DNA of 64,000 nucleotides, taken from the sequence record NZ_CP013482.1. One strand, given 5' to 3'. The stretch comes from a plasmid. Made by a program: the position numbers and the translations under genes. Below, piece after piece: positions 25,789 through 34,352 of the stretch; the stretch's first letter is position 1, and the number at the start of each line of letters is the position of its first letter. The notes below the pieces were generated by a model, which ran no database searches, was not told where the DNA came from, and worked only from the letters and a program-made list of their open reading frames with translations.

Positions 25789-28473
25789 TCATAAGGATCT
25801 TCCTCGTGTTCGGATCTTGCCGCCGACTTCCGTCGAGATCGCGGCACCAATCGCAAGACGCCGCAACCGGTTCGCTGTAGCTGCGTCGACGGGCAACACC
25901 AGCACCGTGTCGTCATGCCTCAAAAGGGCTAACTGGTGCCCGTCAACCGTGCGAAGGCCGGTGAAATTCAATACGCCTGCGTGACGATCATTATATCGCT
26001 CATGTTTCTGTATATCGAAACTATTGGCACGTTTCCCTTCGCGTTCTTGGACGTACTTATCCGCTGCGGACCACGCCGAAGTACTCAGTCGGTCAGCAGG
26101 TGCGGCCCGTCGCACGCCAGAACCTCGGTCGGCTTGTTTGTCGTCCAGACTTCCGCGTACATCACGCGGCACCAGCAGGCCAGGCGATCCGGCGTGTGGT
26201 TCCATATAGAGTGTGGGCAGGTTTCGCATGCGGTACGCTTGAGGGGGCGGTGCTTTTCGTCCAACTGCGCCAACGTTGGGCTTAGGGGCAAATGGGCTGC
26301 TGCGCCCCCTGACGAATCGGTCAGATCCTCGGCCTCCCCCTCGCTTGATCGACTCGGCATATTGCCCACGCCCAACATCGCCACCGCTGCGTCCAGATCC
26401 GCGTCGCTCATGGTGTCGCTGTTCGTTGAACCCGGCACTTCGCTGAGCACCGTCTGGTCGATTCCGTTGTGTTCGCTCATCAAAACTCTCCTGTTGATGC
26501 TTCTGCTTAAGTGCCTCGACACGCCGACTCTCTAGGTTCGGGTCGACGAACGAGACACGGATTCGCGCGCTCGCCGCCAAATCGGCCACGCGCTGTTGAA
26601 ACTCTGTGCTTCCTGTCAGGGAAACCTTCCCGCCATGCCGGTCGGCCGCGAGTTGCAGCGCTGTCGCAAGCACCTCGTCAGGCGCGTTCCGGGTAACGCT
26701 GAGTCGACGACCGTCATCGCGAATGGCGGCATTCGCCACTCGGTAGATGACCGTTCCAGCCTTGGTAATGGAGTCAATCGCCCTCGGCCTCAGTGCTTCC
26801 GAGTCGGAGGAGCGTTCGACGGCCCGTGCCTGTGCCCGGGCGTCCCAACTCGCTTGGTATCGCAAAACGGCGAGGGCGCTTTGGTCGCCCTCCTCAGCTC
26901 GATCTCTAAGCCAGTCCGCCCACGCTAGGGCCTTATGCGCCTTGCTCGCCTTCGGGGGGCGTTGCGAATTGAAATTTGCGTGCGCCTTGGAAATAGCGCC
27001 GTGCAGACGCTTACTCACGATGCCGTATAGGAATCGCTTGTTGTAACCGCTCCCCTTGAGCAACTTGATAAGCGCGCGCAGGCGGGCCGCAGATCGCTTC
27101 GCATCTTCGATCGTCTGAATCCGCGCCTGCCGCGCGGCGCCCATATGAAGCTGTTTCGAGCGTTGAACGTCAGCCTTCTCTTCGCGGTAACGCCGATACA
27201 AGGCATCGGCCTCTGCGGACGGATACACCGGTCGCTTCGCATACCACTCTTGCCGCTGCTGCGTGGGTGAAGTGCCGTGTTTGCCTTGCCGCCAAGAAGC
27301 CGGCGCAGGGGAACCGATAGACGTCTCTGCGCCTTGCGCCGGAAGATCCCGATTTCCTATGGACGGCCTTACTCGGTGACGGTACGGTGCCGGCGGTGGT
27401 CGCGTCCCAACCGCCTCTACGGTTCGACGCCCCCGCCGCCAGGATGAAATCAAGTCCGGATCCGGGGCTTGTCGCGGTATGTGCGCATGCAAATCACGTC
27501 TTCCGGGCAGGCCACCTGACCGGATTGCTCGCGGGCTTTCGGGCCTCGTCGTGGCCGAACGCACGGGTGGCGCTCTGCGCCGCCAAGAGGCCACAGCGCT
27601 CGTGCTCGGCACTGCGATGGTGACTCTATCAACACCCCGTCGCCCAACCTGCCCCCTACGTCCAGCGGCGTCCGGCACATCGTCGCCGGCCAGCCGTTTG
27701 GCCCCGCGAGGTGGTTCGTAGTCGCCCCACTGTTTTAATAACCGGGATCTGGATAGAGACCTATCAACTGAACTGGCTTTTACCTTGATGCCGTCCCTGC
27801 TTTCAAATACGAGTCCGTTGCCCTGCTCCCGAACTGCCAATCCTCGCGCACGAGCTATGTCATGCAATTCCTGCCAGTTGTTGGCCTCTCGCAACTCCGA
27901 AACGCACTCTCTCTTGATCCAACCAAGGAGACTTTCAACGCCCGAATGGCGCTCCATGTCGTCGGCTCGATTTTCAGAGCGCGACTTTCGCGCGGTGTGG
28001 TTGTCGCGCTCCAGGTCAAAGCGCTGCTCCAGCTCGTCGCACTTCCGCGCCAACGTTTTGTAATCCCGGTAAGGCGTGTGCATCGTTAGATGCTCCGGGT
28101 GGATCTTGTTAATCGCGACGTGAATATGCAGGTTGTCTGTGTCGTGGTGAACCGCGCTGATTCGCTGGTGCTCACCATATCCTAGCGCTTCGCACAACTC
28201 GGCTTCCACGACGGAAAGCACATCGCTGGAGGGATGTTCGCCAGGCGGAAATGAGATCAGCAGGTGATAGGTTTTGTCTCCCTCAGCGCGGAGATTCATC
28301 CCCTGCACCGCCTGAACTTCGTAAATCGCGTCAAGCGCTTCGCGCTGCTCGCAGTTGGTGACAGTCACCGCCCCGACCCGCTCCTGCTTTGTCTGAGGGT
28401 CACATAGATACTTCACCAGTCTTCCGTAACTGCTTTTCTTGACCGATTGCATCGGCAAATTACGGGCGATCAT
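25789..28473 (-). CDS. traI: MOBP-family relaxase TraI
   Basis: Motif HHDTDNLHIHVAINKIHP; N-terminal catalytic region; a long Pro/Arg-rich C-terminal domain. Confidence 0.9.
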   Translation of the reverse strand: MIARNLPMQSVKKSSYGRLVKYLCDPQTKQERVGAVTVTNCEQREALDAIYEVQAVQGMNLRAEGDKTYHLLISFPPGEHPSSDVLSVVEAELCEALGYGEHQRISAVHHDTDNLHIHVAINKIHPEHLTMHTPYRDYKTLARKCDELEQRFDLERDNHTARKSRSENRADDMERHSGVESLLGWIKRECVSELREANNWQELHDIARARGLAVREQGNGLVFESRDGIKVKASSVDRSLSRSRLLKQWGDYEPPRGAKRLAGDDVPDAAGRRGQVGRRGVDRVTIAVPSTSAVASWRRRAPPVRSATTRPESPRAIRSGGLPGRRDLHAHIPRQAPDPDLISSWRRGRRTVEAVGTRPPPAPYRHRVRPSIGNRDLPAQGAETSIGSPAPASWRQGKHGTSPTQQRQEWYAKRPVYPSAEADALYRRYREEKADVQRSKQLHMGAARQARIQTIEDAKRSAARLRALIKLLKGSGYNKRFLYGIVSKRLHGAISKAHANFNSQRPPKASKAHKALAWADWLRDRAEEGDQSALAVLRYQASWDARAQARAVERSSDSEALRPRAIDSITKAGTVIYRVANAAIRDDGRRLSVTRNAPDEVLATALQLAADRHGGKVSLTGSTEFQQRVADLAASARIRVSFVDPNLESRRVEALKQKHQQESFDERTQRNRPDGAQRSAGFNEQRHHERRGSGRSGGDVGRGQYAESIKRGGGRGSDRFVRGRSSPFAPKPNVGAVGRKAPPPQAYRMRNLPTLYMEPHAGSPGLLVPRDVRGSLDDKQADRGSGVRRAAPADRLSTSAWSAADKYVQEREGKRANSFDIQKHERYNDRHAGVLNFTGLRTVDGHQLALLRHDDTVLVLPVDAATANRLRRLAIGAAISTEVGGKIRTRGRSL

Positions 28474-28489
28474 CGCAACCCCGAAAAAC

Positions 28490-28502
28490 TTTAGCGGCTA
28501 AA
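28490..28502. promoter_or_regulatory. KorB operator (OB) TTTAGCGGCTAAA between traJ and traI
   Basis: Exact 13-bp palindrome. Confidence 0.7.
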
Positions 28503-28506
28503 GTGC

Positions 28507-28884
28507 TCATCCCTTGAGCACATGTCGCATGACCTCGCGAAGCTGTTCCTGTGTCTCACCCAACTTCCCGAGCAACGCATTGATTGACCCAACGCCGAAG
28601 CCGGCGACTCTCTCGTCGTTGGTAAGCCATAGCTTTAGCAAGCCCCCAAGACGCCCTTGATCTGCGTTGATCTTGGCGAGCTGCTTGATGTGCTTGAGAT
28701 CCGCCACACCGCGCACGTCATAACCAAGACCAACGTTGCGAAGATAGGTCGCGACGGGCAACCCGGCCTTCCCAGCGCTCGCCTCAATACGCGCATCCTC
28801 GTCCGGAAAAACAGGCACTCGAAGGTGCTTCTTCCGTCGCGAACCACGAACACGCTTCCTGTCTGGCGTCAATTCAACATTCAT
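28507..28884 (-). CDS. traJ: Relaxosome accessory protein TraJ/MobC-like (ORF extends to a GTG at 28908; ATG 28884 with AGGAG is preferred)
   Basis: Position adjacent to oriT; size about 125 aa; motif LRNVGL..LAKINADQGRLGGLLKLW. Confidence 0.6.
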   Translation of the reverse strand: MNVELTPDRKRVRGSRRKKHLRVPVFPDEDARIEASAGKAGLPVATYLRNVGLGYDVRGVADLKHIKQLAKINADQGRLGGLLKLWLTNDERVAGFGVGSINALLGKLGETQEQLREVMRHVLKG

Positions 28885-28924
28885 CACTTCTCCTATTTCC
28901 ACAGGCACGTATCGCGGCGGTAGC

Positions 28925-29040
28925 CGCTGCCTCGCAGAGCAGGATCCCCGTTGAGCACTCCGTGCGAATAAGGGATGTGAAAGTAGCTAACCGGCCTGCC
29001 GGTTAGCTACTTTCACCTATCCTGCCCGGTCTTCGACCGC
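28925..29040 (+). other. oriT: oriT: 19-bp inverted repeat (gtgaaagtagctaaccgg/ccggttagctactttcac) followed by the nic region CACCTATCCTG|CCCGG; predicted nick between 29028 and 29029 on the + strand
   Basis: Near identity to the RP4 oriT nic region remembered from the literature; located between traJ and traK. Confidence 0.8.
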
Positions 29041-29301
29041 GATTACTCCGGGATCAGCATGCCATGTAATTTCGATTTATCCGCAATTTTGCAACAAATA
29101 TTTGTTGCCATGACAACTGATATAACGAAAATTGAGATTTTGGCGGTAGAATCGTCCCTGCCGCAAAAGCATCGGATTTGAGACGGCGAAAAATAGGGAA
29201 TGAATCGGACTGTGTAGCCGCACAGCGACGTAACCATCCGCACGCGGGCGACGGCATATCACCCACGGTGCGCGAAGATCGAAGGAGGCCGCAGGGACGA
29301 C

Positions 29302-29667
29302 ATGACGGGCAAAACACTCACGGAGCGAATTGCTGATCGAGCCAAAACCGTGCCGAGCAGCAGGGGGAAAAACCGGGCTTCGTTCCTGGCCGTGAGGGAC
29401 GAGGTGGCTGACGCATTGAAAGACTGGCCGGTTAAGGCAATTTGGGAAACGCTCAGCGCCGAAGGAAAAATTGAGTTCGGCTATGACGCGTTCATTTCAT
29501 ACGTCAACCGACACATTCGTAACAGACCACAGCACGCCCCCCTCACCCATACGGTGAAGTCGGCGGATCATCCCCCCACTGCCGAACGAGAGCCGGCGCG
29601 CTCATCAGCAACAACGCCCGGATTTTCTTACAACGCAACCCCTGACACAAAATCTCTGGTGGGCTAA
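29302..29667 (+). CDS. traK: TraK-like oriT-binding protein (leader operon)
   Basis: Position and size (121 aa); strong SD GAAGGAGG. Confidence 0.6.
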   Translation: MTGKTLTERIADRAKTVPSSRGKNRASFLAVRDEVADALKDWPVKAIWETLSAEGKIEFGYDAFISYVNRHIRNRPQHAPLTHTVKSADHPPTAEREPARSSATTPGFSYNATPDTKSLVG

Positions 29668-30395
29668 TGGCAAAAATTCATGCGGTACTAAACGGTAAGG
29701 GCGGCGTCGGCAAAACGTTTGTAGCGACGCACATTGCCCAGGCTATCCAATCAATTAAGGGAAAGGTCCGCGCGATCGATACGGATCCCGTCAATGCGAC
29801 GTTATTCCGATTCAAGGCGCTAGACGTCCAACGAATCGAAATCATGAAAGACGACGAGATCGACACCCGCTTATTCGACAAGCTCGTGGAATTTTGTGTG
29901 AGCGACGATACCGACGTCGTAATAGACAACGGGGCAAGCTCGTTCGTCCCGCTATCGCATTACGTGATTTCCAACCGGGTTCCGGCGCTACTTCGAGAGT
30001 TGGGGCACGAGCTAATCTTGCACGTCGTCATTGCCGGGGGGGACATGTGCCTGGATACGATCAACGGCTTTGACCAGCTCGCCAGCCAGTTCTCCACAGA
30101 CGTTCAATTTGTGGTGTGGCTGAACCCGTTTGTTGGGGATGTTGTTGTGAACGGGAAGACGTTTGAGCAAATGAACGTCTACCGCACACATAAGGACCGG
30201 ATCAGCGCCATCGTCGAGTTGCCGAAGGTGAAAGCCGAGACCTATGGCAAGGATCTGTCTGAAATGATGGGCGATCGACTGACTTACGACGAAGCGGTGG
30301 AAGACAGCAAACGCCATATCATGGTTCGACACCGACTCCGCTCGATGCGAGATCAAATCATGAGACAGCTCAAAGCCCTTCCGGTACTCCAATGA
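29667..30395 (+). CDS. traL: TraL, ParA/MinD-like P-loop ATPase
   Basis: KGGVGKT Walker A; 242 aa; overlaps the traK stop. Confidence 0.8.
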   Translation: MAKIHAVLNGKGGVGKTFVATHIAQAIQSIKGKVRAIDTDPVNATLFRFKALDVQRIEIMKDDEIDTRLFDKLVEFCVSDDTDVVIDNGASSFVPLSHYVISNRVPALLRELGHELILHVVIAGGDMCLDTINGFDQLASQFSTDVQFVVWLNPFVGDVVVNGKTFEQMNVYRTHKDRISAIVELPKVKAETYGKDLSEMMGDRLTYDEAVEDSKRHIMVRHRLRSMRDQIMRQLKALPVLQ

Positions 30396-30844
30396 CCGAA
30401 ACCTACGTCGACGAACTCATCAAAGACATTGCCGTTCGGCACGGAGTCGCGCTCTCCCCGGACGATCCCATCTTGATCGTGTCTACTCTCAACCGGAAGT
30501 TGATCGCTGATGGCGCGGAAGCCCAAGAGGCAATACTGCAAACATTTAAGGAGGAACTGGAAGGGATCACAGGGCGATGGAACGCCGAGTCAAAAGAGCG
30601 GGCAGAGCGCATCTTGAATGCCGCTCTCACAGCCAGCAAAGAGGCTATGACACGCACCATGAGTGAGGCCAGCACAAACATCGTCAATCGGATCCAGGCG
30701 GAAGCCGCCGTTTATTTGCGGAGCGCCAGAGAGGAAGCAAAGGCTATCCGCACAAGCAGTATGCTCATTCTGGCTGCTAGTGGCGTTTCGTTTCTTGCCT
30801 CCGCAGGTGCCCTTCTGGCTTGGGTGGCCAACTTTAGCCGCTAA
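30392..30844 (+). CDS. traM: TraM-like protein
   Basis: Position and size (150 aa); C-terminal TM. Confidence 0.55.
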   Translation: MTETYVDELIKDIAVRHGVALSPDDPILIVSTLNRKLIADGAEAQEAILQTFKEELEGITGRWNAESKERAERILNAALTASKEAMTRTMSEASTNIVNRIQAEAAVYLRSAREEAKAIRTSSMLILAASGVSFLASAGALLAWVANFSR

Positions 30845-30845
30845 A
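30833..30845. promoter_or_regulatory. KorB operator TTTAGCCGCTAAA overlapping the traM stop codon
   Basis: Exact 13-bp palindrome. Confidence 0.7.
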
Positions 30846-30900
30846 AATCGGTGGCTGACGCGCCACGCGCCGAGCGTCGCCGACCACCAACCCCCCATCG

Positions 30901-30927
30901 CCCCGCCATCGAGCGGGGCTTTTTTTG
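30901..30927 (+). terminator. Rho-independent terminator after traM (CCCCGCCATCGAGCGGGG + TTTTTTT)
   Basis: Hairpin plus T-run. Confidence 0.65.
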
Positions 30928-30934
30928 CCCGTGT

Positions 30935-30947
30935 TTTAGCCGCTAAA
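30935..30947. promoter_or_regulatory. KorB operator TTTAGCCGCTAAA
   Basis: Exact palindrome. Confidence 0.7.
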
Positions 30948-30964
30948 AAGTCAACCTAAACCTC

Positions 30965-31210
30965 TTGCTCAGTTTTATAGGTGCAGGCCAAGGCCGAGGC
31001 GGCCGAGCAGACTCACCAGGAGCAGCGCAAGACGATGGCGGCCGAGGCGCACCGCCAGGCCGAGCGGCTGACCGCCGCCTAGGGCGAGCGCGACCAGGCG
31101 AAGCGCGATGCCGCGCAGGCAAGGGAGGAAGCAGCCGGGCTGCGCGGCCGGCTGGAAGCTCTGAAAGCCGTCATGGCCCAAGGCCGGCCGACTGATCTCA
31201 GCGGCGGACG
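30965..31210 (+). pseudogene. GC-rich (about 75%) coiled-coil-like gene remnant (..QAKAEAAEQTHQEQRKTMAAEAHRQAERLTAA*..) with an in-frame stop; possible relic of a KfrA-like gene
   Basis: Compositional island; Ala/Glu/Arg-rich reading frame interrupted by TAG at 31079. Confidence 0.3.
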
Positions 31211-31380
31211 CAAAAAGACCTGATAAACCGGTTGATTTTCCTTAAAAGCGCAAAGGGAAGCGCGATGCTGCAAAAGAGCGTGAGTTTTTCACTCGCGACG
31301 ACTGACGATCAAGGCGGATTAGCGCACACCGACAAAAAACAAAAGGGGCACTTCCGTGCCCCTTTTTTGCGCCAGATGAG

Positions 31381-31974
31381 TCAAACATCCCTTCGCAACG
31401 ACAACCCTCTGCCGTGCGACACGGATTTTCCTTCTGTCTGCTGCTTGCGCTTTAACTTGGCATGCGTCTCGTGCGCGCGGCGGGCGCTTTCTAGTTCGTC
31501 CCAATGCTCGGCCAATTGTGGATGATCACGGCGAAATTTCGCAGCGGCCAACTGCTCCAGCTTCCCGCCCCACACGTCGTGCCCTTCGGCGATTACACGA
31601 ACTGAGTCAAGGCGACTCGAGATCCGCTGGATCGTGGTACGCTGCCGTGCCATTTCTCGCTCCCATGTGGCTCGGCGTGTACGCGGCGTGAGTATGCCGG
31701 GGCGCTTCGACTGCATGCCAGCGACTCGTCCTTGCTGCTCACGTAACAGAGCCTCAAGTCGCTCCTCTATACGCACCACCTGAGCGTGCTTCGCGCCGAT
31801 GTATGACTCCAGCCCGGCAACATATTCATTGGCGACGTCTGGAATGGGTTCGTGTTGAACGTCCGCGACCGCCTCGGCCGCTTCGCCCGAAAGCGCGTCC
31901 GCTTTCGCCTCGACTTCTGATCTGCGGTCAGCAGACACGGCCAGCCTTTGCATATCCCGTTTCGTGAGCATCAT
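31381..31974 (-). CDS. Hypothetical coiled-coil protein (197 aa)
   Basis: ORF downstream of fic in the same operon. Confidence 0.45.
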   Translation of the reverse strand: MMLTKRDMQRLAVSADRRSEVEAKADALSGEAAEAVADVQHEPIPDVANEYVAGLESYIGAKHAQVVRIEERLEALLREQQGRVAGMQSKRPGILTPRTRRATWEREMARQRTTIQRISSRLDSVRVIAEGHDVWGGKLEQLAAAKFRRDHPQLAEHWDELESARRAHETHAKLKRKQQTEGKSVSHGRGLSLRRDV

Positions 31975-31989
31975 CAGTCCCTCAATCAG

Positions 31990-32949
31990 TTAGCGGGACA
32001 ATCCTCGGCCTTGATGCTGACCGACCGCCGCAACAACGGCACGCCCCGTGGTCTGATTGTAAGAGATAGATTTGCTGCTGCCAATTTCAGGGGATTTATC
32101 GAAATTAGACCGTTCATGAACGACAAACTGCTTCCCGACCTGCTGGAAAACACTAACCTTGTCGACGTGGACTATCGCACCTTCGGTTGTTGCCTTTCTG
32201 TCTGCTGGCACGGCCAGGGAAATGTTATAGATGCCTGGTTTAAGACCGTTCGCCTTATCCACCCGATCATTGCGCCAGGTTGGCTGCCCCGACGCATCGC
32301 TGGGTGGTTGCTCGCTTTGAACGATTCGTTGACCATTCATGACGAGTACACGGTGCTTCATGAATCCGCTCCTCGGTTCGTGGTACCGCCCTTGAATTGG
32401 AGCGATCACCGGTTCAATGATGGCGGCGAGCGCCTTCGAGTCCGCATTTACTACCGCCAAATCGCGCGCGAAGTAAAGTCGCGCTCTCGCCTCCCTGTCC
32501 ACAGGAAGCCGTGACCAGCCCAACTCAAATCCGGCCTGCATGGCCAGGTCTGATGTGAACTGTCGTAGCGTCCTGCTATTCCCCTCGCGAAACGGATGAA
32601 CTGCGTCCAGCTCACCGTACAAATGCGCTACCTTCGTTGCGAAGGCTCTCTGATCTAGTTGTTTTAAGTAGCCGTCTGCCGACAGGCTATCGAAGATTTT
32701 CGCCAGCTCAGGCACGACAGCGCGCAGGTCTCCGGCCCAGTCATACACCCCCTCAAAAATACGGCGGTGCGTCTCTCTCAGTCGGCCAGGGCCGAACGGC
32801 AATGTGATGGGGGAGGTTGCTATCGCGACAAGATTGAAAGCGACCATTTGCCCCTCAAAGGCATCTAGGTCGTGCTGCGTCCGACAGTCAGCCAGGTTTC
32901 TCAGGACTGTCGAACCGTCGTAGCAGTAAGGATCTCTGCGCGCCGTCAT
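31990..32949 (-). CDS. Fic-domain protein (putative AMP-transferase toxin) with a ~120-aa C-terminal extension
   Basis: Fic motif HPFREGNSRTLRQF (HxFx[DE]GN[GS]RxxR); overlaps the upstream antitoxin gene by 4 bp. Confidence 0.85.
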   Translation of the reverse strand: MTARRDPYCYDGSTVLRNLADCRTQHDLDAFEGQMVAFNLVAIATSPITLPFGPGRLRETHRRIFEGVYDWAGDLRAVVPELAKIFDSLSADGYLKQLDQRAFATKVAHLYGELDAVHPFREGNSRTLRQFTSDLAMQAGFELGWSRLPVDREARARLYFARDLAVVNADSKALAAIIEPVIAPIQGRYHEPRSGFMKHRVLVMNGQRIVQSEQPPSDASGQPTWRNDRVDKANGLKPGIYNISLAVPADRKATTEGAIVHVDKVSVFQQVGKQFVVHERSNFDKSPEIGSSKSISYNQTTGRAVVAAVGQHQGRGLSR

Positions 32950-33140
32950 GCCAACGCGTGAGCGCGGGCATGCTGAGCGTGATATGCGCGAATCTTCTCG
33001 CGACCGTCTTCTAAACTGTTCTCACCGGCGATCACTTGTGCTTTGACTGCCTCATAACGAGCGTCCTCCGATGGAGTCAGCCCTTCGAGACTAAGGCTGG
33101 CCTCGGCCTTCCGAAAGGCTTCCGCGTAGTTTTTGTTCAT
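32946..33140 (-). CDS. VbhA-like Fic antitoxin (inhibitory helix motif SLSLEG)
   Basis: 64 aa; [ST]xxxE[GN] motif; directly upstream of and coupled to fic. Confidence 0.7.
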   Translation of the reverse strand: MNKNYAEAFRKAEASLSLEGLTPSEDARYEAVKAQVIAGENSLEDGREKIRAYHAQHARAHALA

Positions 33141-33256
33141 GATGGCGAAGTCCTAAACGTGGCACGGAAACAACAATAGTTTAGCGCATTACACCTAAAT
33201 TCACATTCCCAATTTGCTGTCAACTGAAAATTACGGCTAACCGAAAATCCGATTTT

Positions 33257-33269
33257 TTTAGCGGCTAAA
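33257..33269. promoter_or_regulatory. KorB operator TTTAGCGGCTAAA in the promoter region of the VbhA-Fic operon
   Basis: Exact palindrome 117 bp upstream of the antitoxin start. Confidence 0.7.
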
Positions 33270-33280
33270 ATTCTCACCCC

Positions 33281-33310
33281 GTAAAAAAATCCCGCCGTAG
33301 CGGGATCTTG
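33281..33310 (-). terminator. Terminator after korB (CCCGCTACGGCGGG + TTTTTTTAC on the minus strand)
   Basis: Hairpin plus T-run. Confidence 0.55.
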
Positions 33311-33323
33311 TGAGAAGAGTGTG

Positions 33324-34352
33324 TCAGCCTTCTACCAATGCCACCAATTGAACGTCACTCAAACTTGCTTCCACCTCCTGGCCGTCATCGTCGTATTTGA
33401 GCCACGCGAACCCTTCGGCTGGAGGACGCTTATTCAACATCAGACGTGCGGGACGATCACTGTAGCGCACCTGCACGATTGCTTTTTTCAGCTTGTCCGG
33501 ATCGGGTTCCCGAATTCCCTTCCCGCCGTCTGCTTTGCCTTCACCTTTGTTCTGTTGACGACCCGCCTCCGCGTCTGTTTGCCCGGTAAGTCCGTCGACC
33601 GTGTTGGGGTCACGATCCGCCGATTGACTATCGATGAATTCGCGGAGCAACTTGATCGAGCCACGCGTAATTTCCTGATCCGGGTCATCCAGCCAGTCTT
33701 CAACTTCCTTCGGATTCGCTTTGTGCGCCTTGACCAACTCGTTGACGACAGTCACATCCCGAACACGGTCATTGTAGAAAGCCTCCGCAATGGGTTCCGG
33801 GAGATCGAGAAGGGCAACGTGCTGGGAAATGAAGGCTGCGGATTTACCTAATGCCTCTGCGATTTCCCCTTTCTTGAATCCTTGAGACAAGCGCTTTCCG
33901 ATGTGGTCAGCAATTTCACGCGCGGTCAATCCATCGCGCTGAATATTTTCGATGACTTGATCGTCTCGATCGTAGTCGTTATCCAGAAAGCCAGGGATCT
34001 GCGAAAATCCGGCCCACTTCGTGCCGCGATAGCGGCGTGCACCGTGATTAATCAAAAAGCGTCCTGGGGCATCCGGGTTGTCACGAAGAGAAATGGGCGT
34101 CTTGATGCGGCCACGCCGCTTGATCGTAGCGCCCAACTCCGCGATGCTCTCGGGGGAGAAACCAGGGTTTTCGGGGCCCCGCGGCTGCGCAGGATCCTCG
34201 TCGATCAAGCTCATGTCGAACATGCGCGGGCCGCCATCATTAGCCGTCGGCGTGGGCTTCTTCAACAACGATGCGAGATCCCCGACTTTCTCGAGACCAA
34301 GGCCGCCGCGCTTCTGCTGTTGGTTTTGACCTGCCTTTGCCGTAGCACCCAT
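33324..34352 (-). CDS. korB: KorB, ParB-family partition protein and global repressor
   Basis: ParB-like motifs; position after incC; size 342 aa. Confidence 0.85.
   Translation of the reverse strand: MGATAKAGQNQQQKRGGLGLEKVGDLASLLKKPTPTANDGGPRMFDMSLIDEDPAQPRGPENPGFSPESIAELGATIKRRGRIKTPISLRDNPDAPGRFLINHGARRYRGTKWAGFSQIPGFLDNDYDRDDQVIENIQRDGLTAREIADHIGKRLSQGFKKGEIAEALGKSAAFISQHVALLDLPEPIAEAFYNDRVRDVTVVNELVKAHKANPKEVEDWLDDPDQEITRGSIKLLREFIDSQSADRDPNTVDGLTGQTDAEAGRQQNKGEGKADGGKGIREPDPDKLKKAIVQVRYSDRPARLMLNKRPPAEGFAWLKYDDDGQEVEASLSDVQLVALVEG

Noticed and set aside
25936-26535. 199-aa + strand ORF inside traI
   Set aside because: Antisense to the relaxase gene; no RBS; composition artefact.
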